A stretch of DNA of 55,243 nucleotides, filler included, from Stramenopiles sp. TOSAG23-6 (Eukaryota), in the NCBI GenBank assembly GCA_900128565.1. It is 2 parts of 2 records of this genome, joined end to end, with 100 filler letters (N's around TTAATTAATTAA, not from the genome) between each part and the next. Parts side by side here need not be neighbours in the genome. Positions count along the whole stretch, not along the records: positions 1 to 27,579 come from LT635980.1; 1 more part is not named here. One strand, 5' to 3'. Below are positions 1 through 13,200 of this stretch, one piece after another. Below the pieces are notes generated by a model. The model ran no database searches and was not told where the DNA came from. It saw only the letters and a list, made by a program, of their open reading frames with translations. Every line of letters starts with the position of its first letter. Positions within the stretch are counted from its first letter, which is position 1. Position numbers and translations under genes: made by a program.

Positions 1-99
1 TGTTTTATTTTTTTTTGTATAATTTTTTTTTTTTCGTACGAAATTTTGTACCTAACAAAATTTTTTAGTTTTTTTTTCAAATATTTTTCCAAAATACAT
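1..99 (+). other. Non-canonical intron, family member I0 (5' end truncated by window), probable ...AT 3' end
   Basis: Begins tgttttatttt (= [gta]tgttttatttt of other members). Has ttcgtacgaaattttgtacctaac (33-56) and ends aaatatttttccaaaatacat, like the intron at 33075. The frame G TAT CTG GGA AAG follows. Confidence 0.7.
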
Positions 100-826
100 G
101 TATCTGGGAAAGGCACTTTCAAATAAAGAGCAATGGAGAAAAGCTCTGCTATATGCTGAGCTCGCTGCGCGTAATTTATCAAGTGCTGCTGTACAACTAA
201 TAAACCGCGAGGCATTTGTGACAACTGAAAAAAATGAAAACACAAACCTTGTAAGTTTTCTAAATTGAATTTCGAGTTAATTTTTTTCGAACCAAATTTT
301 GTACCTAACAAATTTCGAATTTGACATTTTTTTCACAATACTTGGTTCTGTTTTCCGAAAGTTTTGTGATAATAGCAAGTTTGGTACTAATGATGAATGT
401 TTTAAAGATCTTTACAAAAGTACTTTAAATAATTCGAATTCGTATTTCGCTAAGGGCAAAGACATGTTCAAAGAACCATACTTTGCACAATATATGCGAA
501 GTGCAGTTGAAGTGTCGTATCATGATTATATCTTACCAATGCTGCCTCAATTAATCACAAAATTAGAAGAGATCAAAGCAACGCAAAGTAGCGACAATGA
601 AGCTAGTTCAAAAACGGCCAAAGCAATTAAAACGCTTCAGGGTACCATTGCTTTTGCCGATTATATCAAACCAAGTTGTAGAGGTAGTAGCGCACCACAA
701 ATTTTAACACGCTTTTTGGGATGTTACGGTGCTCTACGATTTGGAATAGCTCGAGATATCCAAGAAGTCATACAATCGGGAGTTTTTCGTGTCACCAGTC
801 CTAGTAGCCCTAGCCCTAGTCCTTAA
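100..826 (+). CDS. 3' part of a paralog of the giant helical-repeat protein (exons 100-250 and 344-826; 5' part outside window)
   Basis: Joined peptide YLGKALSNKEQWRKALLYAELAARNLSSAAVQLINREAFVTTEKNENTNL|GSVFRKFCDN aligns by eye with YMAMPLANEHSWVQCMRYLELAIFHLTNASFELLDRPKLYETMRDRDPGSMTEILHRICFDN near the C-terminus of ORF 1279-14244. HDYILP also recurs. Confidence 0.75.
251..343 (+). other. Non-canonical intron I1, probable GT...TT (93 nt)
   Basis: AAC CTT|gtaagtttt...ttttgtacctaac...cacaatactt|GGT TCT. Branch A at 308 is 35 nt before the junction and CTTG is repeated at both ends. An in-frame AAG at 361 is a possible canonical alternative. Confidence 0.65.
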
Positions 827-1278
827 ATCCCCACGATGTTTTAAGAAAAGGGTATGGAAAAGAGTATATTTTGTCTCATTTCTTGGATGATGATTGTTAT
901 TATAAAAATAGAATATAGATATATATATATGTCTTTTTTTTTACGTATTTTGAAATTTCATGTTTTTTACGCGCGTCCGTTACTTTCCGAGATCGATCTC
1001 TCGGAGATTTTGCGATCTTTGTTCATTTCGTACCATTTTTTTGTACTTAATCAATTGTTCGTTTCAGATTTCGGTTAAGTTTCTGGGTTATCCCCACATA
1101 ACCTTGTTCCATCTAGTAGTATCCAAACGCATCCTTGCTCTGTACAAGCTTTCTATATATTATAAATTCACAATCGTGCACTTTACACAATCACATAAGG
1201 TTTATTCATTACTAAACAAAGAAAAGTTACCGCAATCAACGCAATCAAGCGATTCATTCATTAATAAAACGTAGAAAT

Positions 1279-4200
1279 ATGAGTCCTTCTCCGAGTGCTA
1301 CAAACAAAGTTGAACAAGTAAACCCTCTTACTATTGCTCACACGTCTATTGAAATGAATCCTCTTGTTGTTGCTCAAACATCGGTTAAAACGAATCCAAT
1401 CGAAGTTACACAAAGCAGAAAGTATAACCCTCGACAGGCTATTCATGCGACGAAACGCCAAATTCCTCGAAACTCCCGGAGTACACGTAAAAAGTTGGAC
1501 CCAAACTATTCACAAGAACAAAAACGTAAACTGAAAAACAATACAGAAAGTTCTTGTTCAATAATGATGATTGGTGTAGCAGTTGGATTATTAAGTCTTG
1601 CTATAATCATTGTAGCATTTTTCTTAAATACTATATCAATGGATACACAAATTGAGAGAATGCAGACTGATTTGTCGGGGGCAAAAACAGAATTAAATTT
1701 GACAAAAACTTCAAGAATATCTGGCGGTTTATCACAAAGCACACAATCCAAAATTGCAGATATCATGGAGACTATGCCATCTTTGCAGATGGCAGCGGAG
1801 AAATTAAAAGAATCTCATATTTCCAAAGGAGTATCGACAACCGAGATTAACGAGATTAAAAAGGCGGTGAAAGAAGAATCAAAAACAACGCTTATCATAC
1901 GAATCAAAAGAGAAATTCGAGAAACTGAAGAGGCTATGCAAGAACTTGCTGCGGAAAGCAACGACAATGACGATGTAATCGCAGGCGTAAGAGCGTCTAT
2001 CAATACAGTCAAAGAAAAAGTTACAAAATTTGAGAAATTGGGTAATTTACAAAAAACTGACAAAATGGTTACTACGTTACTCGTTCAACTCCGGGGTATT
2101 ATTGCTCAAATACGTGCTCGCCAATCTTCCACATTTATTGGGAAACTGAATCAAATTGCTGCAAATCTAAAGTCAATGACTACTTTCAGTCGCAAAAACA
2201 ATGATAATGTTGAAAGGCTACAAAGTCAAATCACGAGGCTACGCGAGGCTCTTGGGCATGCAAAAGATGAAGATGAGCAAATAAAAAAGCAGATGGCAGC
2301 AGTGGCATCTACCGCAGATAAAGCAACTGCTGTTGCGAAGACATCAACCGAGATACAAAATTTAAGAAGAACAGCAAATCGGTTAAAAAAGTTTTGTCAT
2401 ATATATATGAAAGCTCTTGAAGGAATATCTGTGTCAAGTCATGATAAAATAACTTCCATAAACTCTTTTGAAAAGGCCGCCACATCTGCAAATTTAGTGA
2501 CCATGTCATCTGATGCCACACAAGCTGAAGAGTATCTTGCTTTTGCAGAATCTACATTCAAAGCAACATTGCCAAAAGCTCATAAAGCACTTGCTACTGA
2601 AGCCATTCGAATAAGCAGCGATATCAGAACACTTAGTAAGGGTTTGAATAATACTAACGTTTCTATGTTGATGGGAAAGGTTGGAGAAGGAACAAACTAT
2701 GCAAAGAAAGCCTTAACAAGTGTCCAGGATCATAACTCGAAAACATTTTTACATCTTATGAAAGATTCTCAGGTTGTTTATACGGAAGCACTTAAGGGAT
2801 TTGCGGTGATACTGAAAGAATTACTTGCTAAGGAAGCTGGAAGAAGTGGATATACGACAGCTATGAATCAAATTCGTATTGCAGAATCAGATATAAATTT
2901 GGCAATAAAAGGAGCTTCAAAAGTTTTGGGATTGGGAAAAATAAATAGTTCCATCAAATTGCTTATTGCCGCAAAAGAAGCTACAGAGTCAAGTGAATCC
3001 TTTGACAAAAGTAAAGGCATATCTGACTCAAAACAAATCGTATCAACATTGCGTGGTTTGAGGTTTATTTTACCTAACAAGGAAAAANTAAAAGTAGAAA
3101 CAAGCTTATCCAAGGCAATGAACAGTATTGAGCGTGCAGAGGTTTCAAAATCGAATAACCTTGCAGTATTCACGAAAACTTTTAATATTGCAATAGGACA
3201 CATAGCGACTGCAATATTAGACGCAATGGTGCCTGGCCTAGAATCAAAGCTTAAGGAACAATCAACTTCAGATGAAAGGGAAAGAGCTTTGGGTGAAGTT
3301 GGAAAAGCAAAGTTAAAAACAGAAAAGGCTAAAGATTCAATAAGATTCACTAAATGGTCCTTGGTCATGACAAATCTAAAGTTTGCAATTTTGTCGCTAA
3401 AAGAAGCATCGGCACCGTTTTCCCCAGATCAAGCAATCAACAAGAATGATATTGTTAAAACATTGCGCAATATGTCATCGACTCTAATTTCCATGAAAAG
3501 ATACTTGGTAGAGCCTGAAAGTCGGCAAAAGTTGGAACTAACTATATCAGAGGCAAAACCTGGACTTCATATTGTATCTGACACGACTAAATTTGTTACA
3601 AATGTTAGCAGTTCAATACATTTGTATGCTTATTCGATTGGTGGTCTACTATACCATGCAGTAACATCAAAGCTTTCGAAACAAAGCAAAACTTCAGTGC
3701 AACAACGCTCTCTTCATGAAGCTCGCAAAGCATTTGCATTATCAATGCAGGCTAAATCATCTGCAAATAAAAAACATTTATCTGAAGCTTTAACAACGTT
3801 AAAAGTTTCTGTTGAGTGTCTACAGGAAGCTGCTGCGGGTCTTTCGAAATTAAAAACAAAATTTGGAAATGATACACGATCAGTGCTTGATACACTGGAT
3901 ACATATTCACAAACATTGCTTGCAATGAAGCATTATTTTCCAGTCTCACAACAAAGGCCACTTGAAAATAAAGTAAGACAAGCTGTCTCGTCACTTGAGG
4001 ATGCCAACAGTAACAGATTGGAAAACACCAAATTTCATCAATTCATAGCATCGTCTATAGAAAAATTTGGTGAATCTGTGAACTTTTTAGGTCAACATCT
4101 CAAACCAATAGTGGGAGATCTGCCAGACGGCGATGGTAAAAGACATGCTATAAAACAAATGGAACTATCTACAGTCAATGGAAATTCTGCAGCAAAACTT

Positions 4201-7200
4201 GCACAAAAGCAAGAATTGAAAAATGCATTCAGCCAGCTAAACATTGGTTTCATATCATTGCAACAAACAGATCGTGATATAACCATTGGGATATTAAGAG
4301 GCATGGCTGAACCACTGCGCACAATGACTTCGCATATTTCTGACGAGCAAAAGAAAAAAAGCGCAATATCACGCATAACAAGCGCAGAATCTTCAGCTAA
4401 TGAAGCAAACAGGAATATATCTAACTCTGATGAGTTTATTGCAAGTGTTACGAAGTCAGTGCAGAGTTATGCATTTGCAATTTACCGAAAATTACTCCCT
4501 GGAATTCGTGAAAGTTTAAATGCTTTACGAGGTGACAAAAAGGTAGAAAGTTTGAAGAAAGCAGATACCGTAGAGACATACGCCGTTGCAGCACAACAAT
4601 TAGTAAATAATGGGAAATTTCAAGATGCGCTATTAAAACTTATACTTGCATTTAAACAATTGCACAAAACCGAATCTGTACTAACAATGGGGGGAGTTGA
4701 ATTTGACAATAAATATGCTGCAAATAAAGTTTTAAGAGAATACGCAACAGAATTGCTTCCAATAAGATTGTATTTAAAGAGCGTTGTGCAGCGTGATTCA
4801 ATGAAATCAAAGTTAGAGAGCGCTGCTAGTTACGCCGAAAAAGCAAAAACTAATATGTCAAATAAAAAGGAGTTCAATGAATATATGATTAAATCAATTG
4901 AAGAATACGCAAGTTCAATCAAAGGTGATTTATCGCATGCGATGAAGTTAGAAGTAAATTCTATGAAAGATGGCAGTGTTAAGGATGCCGCCCTGGCCAG
5001 AGTCGATGATGGTGAGAGAGATGCAGCATTTGTATCGAATCTTATTGATGGAAACTCTTTGCAAAGAGGTTTTACAAAACTTATTAGTGCGGGTGGTGCT
5101 CTGCAAGAAGCTGAACGCGCGATTGTGGTTGTAACACTCAGAGATATGGCTGAACCATTGCGAGATATGAAACCCCACTTGTCAAACGCAGCAAATATTA
5201 ATCGGGCTGAGAAGTTGATAGAAACGGCTGTTGAACTTGTAAGTGATGCGCATGATAATATAACTGATGAGAAGGACTTTATCGAACCCGCTAGCAAAGC
5301 TATAGAAATGTATGCTGATGTAATCTGGGTGGTATTATTATTTGACATAAAACACAAAATATTAAGTCTTCCAGATAATGTAAAGGGGAAAAGTGGCGCT
5401 TTAATTGCGGCAGGTAAGGCCAGAAAAGAAGCAAAATTGGCCCAAAGATATGCGAAACACGAAAAATTGATAAGCTCATTGAATCAATTAAAACTTGCAT
5501 TTACAGAAATAAAAAAAGCAGCTTCAGTTTGCCCAACAAATACTTTCCTGAATGATTTGTTGGACATTACAATTCAGTTAAGATATATGAAATCTCATTT
5601 ATTGACAAAAGAAAGGCAATCTAGTGCCAGTGAATTAATAAAGGAAGCAACGGCTATGGCCCAAGAAGCAGAGGAAAAAATTTCTAGTAAGCATAATTTT
5701 GCACATCTTGCTTCAGCATCAATTAGTAAATATGCAATTGTAATTCACAGTATAATTCTCCCCGACCTTAAAGAGAGACTTAGAAGAGAACTTCCGATAG
5801 GCAACATTCGAGATGTTGCTTTATCTGAAGCAGAAAATGCTAAAGCAGAAAGTGTGAAAGCCGAGAAACTTGGCGTTGAAGGGAATTTCTCTGGAGCTTT
5901 TGATAAATTAAAGACTGCATTCGCAGCATTAAAAGTAACAGAAGCAGCATTCGATGTTTCTGTTCTAATGTCAATGACAGAACCATTGGAAGGAATGTTA
6001 CCGCATTTGACAAATAAAAAAGAGAGAAATGACGCAAGAAATATGATAGTCGAAGCCGTGAAACTTCGAGATGAAACCCAAGCAAATATATCTACTCATG
6101 CAAAGTACTGGAAGCTGTGTCAGTCTGTAATTAAATATGCAAGTTGTATGTATATGAAAATTATACCTTCTATAAAACCAAAGCTTGAATCACAATTAGA
6201 TGGCGAGGACAGAAAAAAAGCGGTTAAAGACATTACAGAAGCTGATAAGCTTGCAAGACGTGCTACGTTTGTGGCAAATGAACGAAAATTGTCGTTAGCA
6301 ATGGAAAATCTTACAAAAGCGTTTACTTTACTCGAAAAAGTAGAAGTTTTTGTTCCTGTAACTGATGAGGAGTTTGTTCAAGTATTGAAAGATATATCAT
6401 CCACATTGAGACATATGAAAGCTTATATACCAGTAGAAAAACTACAACTCAAAGTAGATGCACATGCAGCTCATGCGTACACTTATGCAAATACTGCCGA
6501 GTTTAATATAAAGAAAGATAGAACAAAATTTAACAAATATATGGGGTTGGCTATTGTTGAGCATGTGCACAACATTCAAGGAATGTATAAAAGTATATAC
6601 AAAACGATTGAAGGTCAAGTCAAAAGTTATTCATATAATATCTCTAAAATAGCTATTGAACAGGCATTACAAAAGTGCGAAGCTGCAAAAGCGATTGTTG
6701 AAAAAGAATCTTGGAAGAAAGCCATGCCTTTACTAAGAGTCGGCATCGATTCTCTTAAGAACTCTGTAAATGCTTTGGTCTTAGACAAAAAATATATTAC
6801 CAATACTTTGATTAATATGGCCGAGCCTCTGCGACACATGAAAGTTTACATGACCCTTCAGTTCGCCAATGAAACTGAAGAGGTACTGCTCATTGCGAGT
6901 TCACTAGCAACCGAAGCAAAAAGTTACAAAACAGATAACCCGAGAATCGTAAGCAAGATTAGAAAATCCATTGAAAAATATGCTACGATTATGTTCGATG
7001 TCATTCAACCTGAGATTTTACGGAATTTACATGGCATTGTACGAAGTAGCTCTTCTATAACTGATTCATTTAAAATAATAAGAAAAGTCAAAACGCTCTG
7101 TACGGAGGCCCTAGAGTTTGTAACTGGTAACACTACTTCACATGAATGGATGAGTGCACTACCGAAGATAATAGACGCATCAACATTACTTCGTCGAGCT

Positions 7201-10200
7201 GCAACTGAATTAGTAGAAAGGGAAAAAGCCACACGCATATTAAAACAGTATGCACCGTTTTTACAATCTCTCATACCTTTCGCATCGATTTCTCATCAAG
7301 AAGACGCTTTTAGACTAGTCGGTCGTGGTGAGTTTTCTGCAAATTTTGCTAAAAATTACAGAGAAAATAATGATAAATTTCAGTCGGAAATGAGCAATTC
7401 AATTAAATCATATGGCTTAGCTATACATGACTATATTTTACCTGGTATAAAATCAAAAATAAAAGATCAACGCCAAATGGAAAGCACAAGTAAAACTGGT
7501 GCCCTAAAAAACATCGCCAAAGCAGCAATACTGAGTAGATCTGCAACAATGTTTGCGATGGGGTTTAATTGGTCAGACGGCCAAGTATCCTTAAAAGAAG
7601 CGATTACTTGCGTCACCGATGCAGTAAAATTGTTGCCCATCGACAGGGGTGTTTCTCAGCAAACATTACAGCAGACTGGAGAAACACTAGTATCACTAAA
7701 ACAATTTCTATCTTTAAGATCTCAGGAGGATACACGTAAACAACTTTTATTAAATAATCTACTGAGTGAAGCAGGAGAAAGCACAGATGCAGCAATGAAC
7801 ATTAAAAATGATGCAATCTTTATACCGTCCATGAAATCTGCTATAGTGAAGTATGCTCAGGCTATACGTGATCATTTCCAGCCTGACATACTTAAACAGT
7901 TAATGCAGATGAAACAATCGAGTGAAAACATGTCTCCAAGCATCATTATGAATATCAATGATGGTATTGATGACGCAACTGAGGCATTATTACAACAAGT
8001 CAAAGCAACTGAGGCAATTGCAATGCAAAACAGTGTAACTAGCACATCTAGAACCCGAGGCGTCAAAATCAAAGCCCCGTGGGAGTTGGGTCTATCAGCT
8101 TTAATTAATTCGGCAACCTTACTAGAATCTGCGACTAAGTCTCTAATTGATAAAACTATAGAAGTTGAGAAACTTGTGAACATCAGTGCTTCATTGCGTG
8201 GCATGAAGCAATACACGTCGAAGGCAACATCGGCTAAGGCTGAACTTGAAATAGCCAAAGGAATAACAAAATCAGGCATCGCAAGAAGCGCGATAAATGA
8301 TTTGAATAAATACGTAGAAAATATCACATCAGCGACATTACATTATGCTATTGCTATTATGTTGTTACAACCTGATATCTTAAAAAAACTTCGAAGCCTA
8401 CCTGCAAACAACGAAAAAGTTGTTAGAGAAAAAGATGCTGCTATAGAAAAAGTTAAGATCGCCATGAAAATGGCAACACTAGCTAGAAATTTAAACCAAG
8501 GAGGAAAGTGGTCACAGGTGCTGCCGCGATTAAATAGTGCAAACCATTTGCTTCGCTTAGGTCTAATATTTATACCACAAAGAAAGATTCAGCTTACAAA
8601 GGATCTGGTCGAACCATTACGAGGCCTGAATCATTTCTTATCAGTGGGGTATGCTCGAAATGCTTCAAAATCTTTATGTCTTGCTTTAAACTTTGCAAAT
8701 GCAGCATATTTGGATATAAAACATGGAAAAGTTTTTCAATATAAAGAAAATTTGGTCAAATCAATGAATGGTATTGCCGAAACATTGAAGTCCCTGATAT
8801 TGCCTGGTATAGAAATAAAATTAAGTTCAATGAAAGGTATAAATAAAGCATATGCTATGAGTGCTTTCGAAAGCACAAAGGAAAAATCCCAAAACGTTAT
8901 CGAGATTTTAAACGGTGATAGCGATAATTTAGCAAGCGCATTGGATAAATTATCCATCTGTATCAATGATGTACAACTAGGAGTGTCCTATATCGCACCA
9001 GATAAAACATACACACTGGCTGTGCTGGTACAACTTGGCGACTCCTTAAAAATATTGAGACCACTACTTTCAAAAATAGATAAAACTAAGTTTGATGATG
9101 ACATAGGCAAAGGTGTTCAATCCACAAATATGGCAGCTGCAATCAAAGATAGAAGATCAAAGGAGAATGTGGTAAAATTTGCTAAAAATGTAAAAGATGC
9201 GATTAAGTTCTATGCTTCTGCTTTGATGAATCAGACCTCTGAAACCGTAAAATCTAAATTGAAACTTAAGTCTGGGTGTTCTGGGTGTATATCTGCAGCG
9301 ATTGATGCAGATATAGCTCAAGGTACGATTAAAAATGCTTACTTATTAGCTGATAATAACGATTGGATTGCAGCATTTCGTAAATTAACTACTGGATTTT
9401 TCCGCCTTCAAAGTGCCGCAGTCAAAGCAATGGATATAGAAGCTACAAATGCCAAAGTTGATGATATACTAAAATATGTTATTTCACTACATGAAGTAGG
9501 AATACATTTACCAAAGGATAGAAAAATGAAAGCCAACCAAGCTATCGCGAATGCTCATGACAATGCACTTAGGGCAAAAACATATGTATCATCGGATCGA
9601 AAAGCCTTTTCCGTTTTCATAAATTTATCGCTCAGTGAGTATGGACACACTCTGTCTTCAAAAATGATACCATTTATAAAAACAAAAATAGAAAGTCTAC
9701 CTACCAATGCAATTAAAGCAGAGGCTTTAAAGTTTATTGATAAAGCTCTTTCAGATAGCATTTGGACAATAAAATTCGCCGATTCTGAACGATGGTCTTT
9801 GGCTTCATTAAGATTAAAGGCAGCGATGCATTCTATACACCTAGCAGTTGACAAATTGCCCCTAGATCAAGGCTATGTAGTGACCCGACTGGAGAAAATG
9901 AACACAGCATTTCACAATCTGATTTCACAGTTTTTACACAAAAGTAAGGATAAGAACAAGGCTGTGAAAATTCTTGATGCTGGAAAAAAAGAATTAAATC
10001 AAGCCAAGAATAAACGCACGACTAAAAACACTGCCGCGTTCAAAGCACACATTATTGCATCTTTGGTGAAATATTCCGAACTTATTTTAAATGTGATGGA
10101 ACCAGAACTAGATACATTGGTATATGCAGCGAAGGGCAAGCTATTAGGGCCAGAATTTAAAGCATCTACCACTTATCTAAAAGCAATAAGAACTCATTGT

Positions 10201-13200
10201 ACTTCGAGTCTTACGTATTGTAAAAAAAAAGAAATGTCCAGAGCATTTAGCGAACTATTTGTAGCATTTAACAAGCTAAAATCTTCATTGATTTATGTGG
10301 TTAATAAGTCAGATTTTGTTGTTTCATTGAACAATTTACAGATACCACTAAAGTATATGCGATATTACATCTCCACAGAGCAACGTGAAAAATGTATGAA
10401 GGAGCTGGATGAAGCTGTAATGTATGGAAATTTAGCGCAATCTCGGCCTACAACGTTCCATGAAAATATTGGAATTGCAATGAAAAAGTACACAAGTTCT
10501 ATAACTAAGTATATAGGCCCACGTATTAAAGAACAATTACTTGAGATGGATATTGATAACATTACAAATGCGGCCATTAAGAATGTAGAAGAATCGATGA
10601 AATTAGCTTTAGATACCAATGAGATGTGTAATCGGTCAGCGTTGTTAGAAGCAAAATGGACATTAGTGAAAGCAGTCCATGCTCTACAGCGCGCCGAAAA
10701 GGCATTACCAACGGACATAGATAATGCAACACAGATCATTTCAGACACATCTGAGGTAATGCGATACCTTCAGATGTATCTACCAGAAGATTTTCGCTAT
10801 CAATTAAACAATTTACTTTACCAAAGAGTTGAACCGTTGGAACTCGCACTTCGCAAGCAGGATAATATAGCTGAACGCGGGAATGCTATATTTCGGGTAT
10901 TAAAAATTGATGCACAGATTATGAAACAATTACTAGTCCCTAAAATAAAAGAATTATTGAATACTATAATTCGTGGAGCCAACGCAAACGGCAAAACAAA
11001 ATTCAAAAAAGTACTTGCAAAATTGGGCGATGCAGAACAAGAGGCCAAAAACTGCGACAATGTGAACAATGCTGAACAATGGACGACAAAATATCGTTTT
11101 GCAAAGACATGCATGTACTTAATCATAGAGATAGCGAACCAATTACCACTAGATAAAGGGTATATAGTGGATTTTTTGGAAGAAATGTATGAGCCCTTGA
11201 AAGATATGACTTCAAACGGAATAGTAAAATCTAGACTCAGCGTTGCTAAAAGCAAAGTATTAGAAGCAGCTGCAATGGTGGATAAAAGCAATGCGATTGA
11301 GTTATTTTACAATACTATTAATGAAGTATTAAAGCTGTATTCGGAAAGTATGGCCAACGAGATACCCATAGCTATTAAAACACAACTGAGAAGTAAAAGT
11401 GAGAGTATCGATGTACACACCGCAGTGATTGACATCGACATAGCAAAAGACTTTGCAACTAATGCAAATGCTTTGTCAAAAGGCCAAAGTTGGAAGGCAG
11501 CACTCCCGAACACCTTTATTGCATTCGAATATCTTACTAAGGCATATTCACCGTTATGGGATAAGGCCCCCAAAATACAATTATTGGGAAGTATACACAG
11601 TCCTATATCTTCTATGCTTTTATATTGTGATGAGAACAAACTAGAGGAAAATAAAAGTATTCTTAATATCGCCATTACAACAGCAAAAAATGCAAGCTTG
11701 GCGACCACTTACAAGGATTTTGCGAGGAATATATCTGACTCTATCGGTAACTATGCAGCAGTTATAGATTTATATATATATCCTAGCTGGAAAAACAGCT
11801 TTCAAAACCTCAAAGGTGAAGCCAAAACTGTTGCTATGGAGGGGTTAAAAAGTGCAAGAAGATATGGGAGGACATCTCGCGGACAGGCTGTCGCAAAGAA
11901 GTGGAATCTTGCTATATTATCACTTAAAAAGGCCGAGCAAATGCTAATCAAAGTTGAACCATCATTATCAAAAGATCGAGCGAAGGTATATGCTGCCACA
12001 TTCATGAAATCAATTGACTCACAGCTGAAAGTAAATATCCCAAAATATTCATCAGATCCAGATTATGCACCCACAAAATCAACGTCATTTAAAGAAGCGC
12101 GGGATATTGCCTCAGATGCATTTACCATTAAAAATGGAAGTACTACTAAATTTCGCGATAAACTTTGCGATGCAATGATCAAGTATGTTGATATTTTGAG
12201 TTTTGAATCGAATGAGCTCATCAAGACACTGAAAATGAAATCGGGTAATGGTTTTAAAATAGGTATTGATGATGCAAATTATGCAAAAAAATCTTTTACT
12301 ACAGTTCAAAAGATACTATATACGAGCAGAAGTAGGTGGATAAAAGCATTCAGCGAGTTCGCGGAGGGGTACGACAGCTTACTCAAAGCTCTAGTCCTGT
12401 TGGTAGATAAGGTTGAGGCCTTTAATATATTACGATCGGCTGTATTACCCTTCTTATTTCAAATGGATCCTAAGGATAATCTTTGGTTTAAAAAAGGAAG
12501 TCAACAATATAAGAATTTATCAGTTGGAACAGGTAAGGCAACTGCTTTAATGTGGCATGCATATGATGTGAGATCTGATTCTGGTTTGTTTGCGACAAAT
12601 ATGTCGAAAGCTATTAAGGAAATATCATCTGGGTGGATTTTAAGCGACTTTTTAAAAAACAAATTTTCTGAGAAGAATTGCAAAAAGAAAAATCCGTGCT
12701 TAAAAGCATATGAAAATATTGAAAAGGGCCAACGTGATTTGACACTTGCAAACACACTTGCTCTAAAGGAACGATGGTCTGAGGCTTACACTAAAGTAAA
12801 ATCGGGGTTAGATTTGATTAAACCCACCATAACTAAAGCCGACACTGACAAGTTGTGGGCTCTTGATGACTTCTTTACGAAGAGGCGTATTAACAGATTA
12901 TGGATGGCTCTTCAAACAATAAGAGATACGATGAAATACGACATAGCTTTAGAATACAGAAATAAAGATTGGCAATCTAAAATCCAAGACAAGTTAGAAT
13001 CCGCCAAAAAAATAAATGCCACCGACCGTAAGAATTTTATAAAGTATCTTTGGGGTATGTTTGACTTCATGATCAATAACTTTGAGATGGGTTTATCCGA
13101 TAAAATTCAAGCAACTCCTACAAGCAGTACCGAACTTCGTAAAGCAAGAACATCTCTGGGCGTGTTGCCAGAAAAAGATAATGATTTGACAGAACCTGTA

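Noticed and set aside
299-343. ORF-track N-termini such as MYLTNFEFDIFFTI (299), MYLTTFFLKYFSKI (33119) and MFSLGLGFTFFQIFF (35811)
   Set aside because: These are translations of intron sequence. The shared MYLT comes from ttgtacctaac, not from a protein motif.
986-1005. Short inverted repeat tccgaga-tcgatc-tctcgga upstream of the giant gene
   Set aside because: A single 7-bp stem with no second copy; not distinguishable from chance.
797-1296. Upstream gene ends SPSSPSPSP and the giant gene starts MSPSPS
   Set aside because: Low-complexity similarity with different codons. No evidence for a join or duplication.
3071-3078. TACCTAAC inside the giant ORF
   Set aside because: Lies in open coding sequence (LPNK) with no donor, poly-T tract or palindromic core; a chance match.
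1506-12755. Many 60-175-aa antisense ORFs within the giant gene, and similar ones within other long genes
   Set aside because: Shadow ORFs of the coding strand with no recognisable domains.
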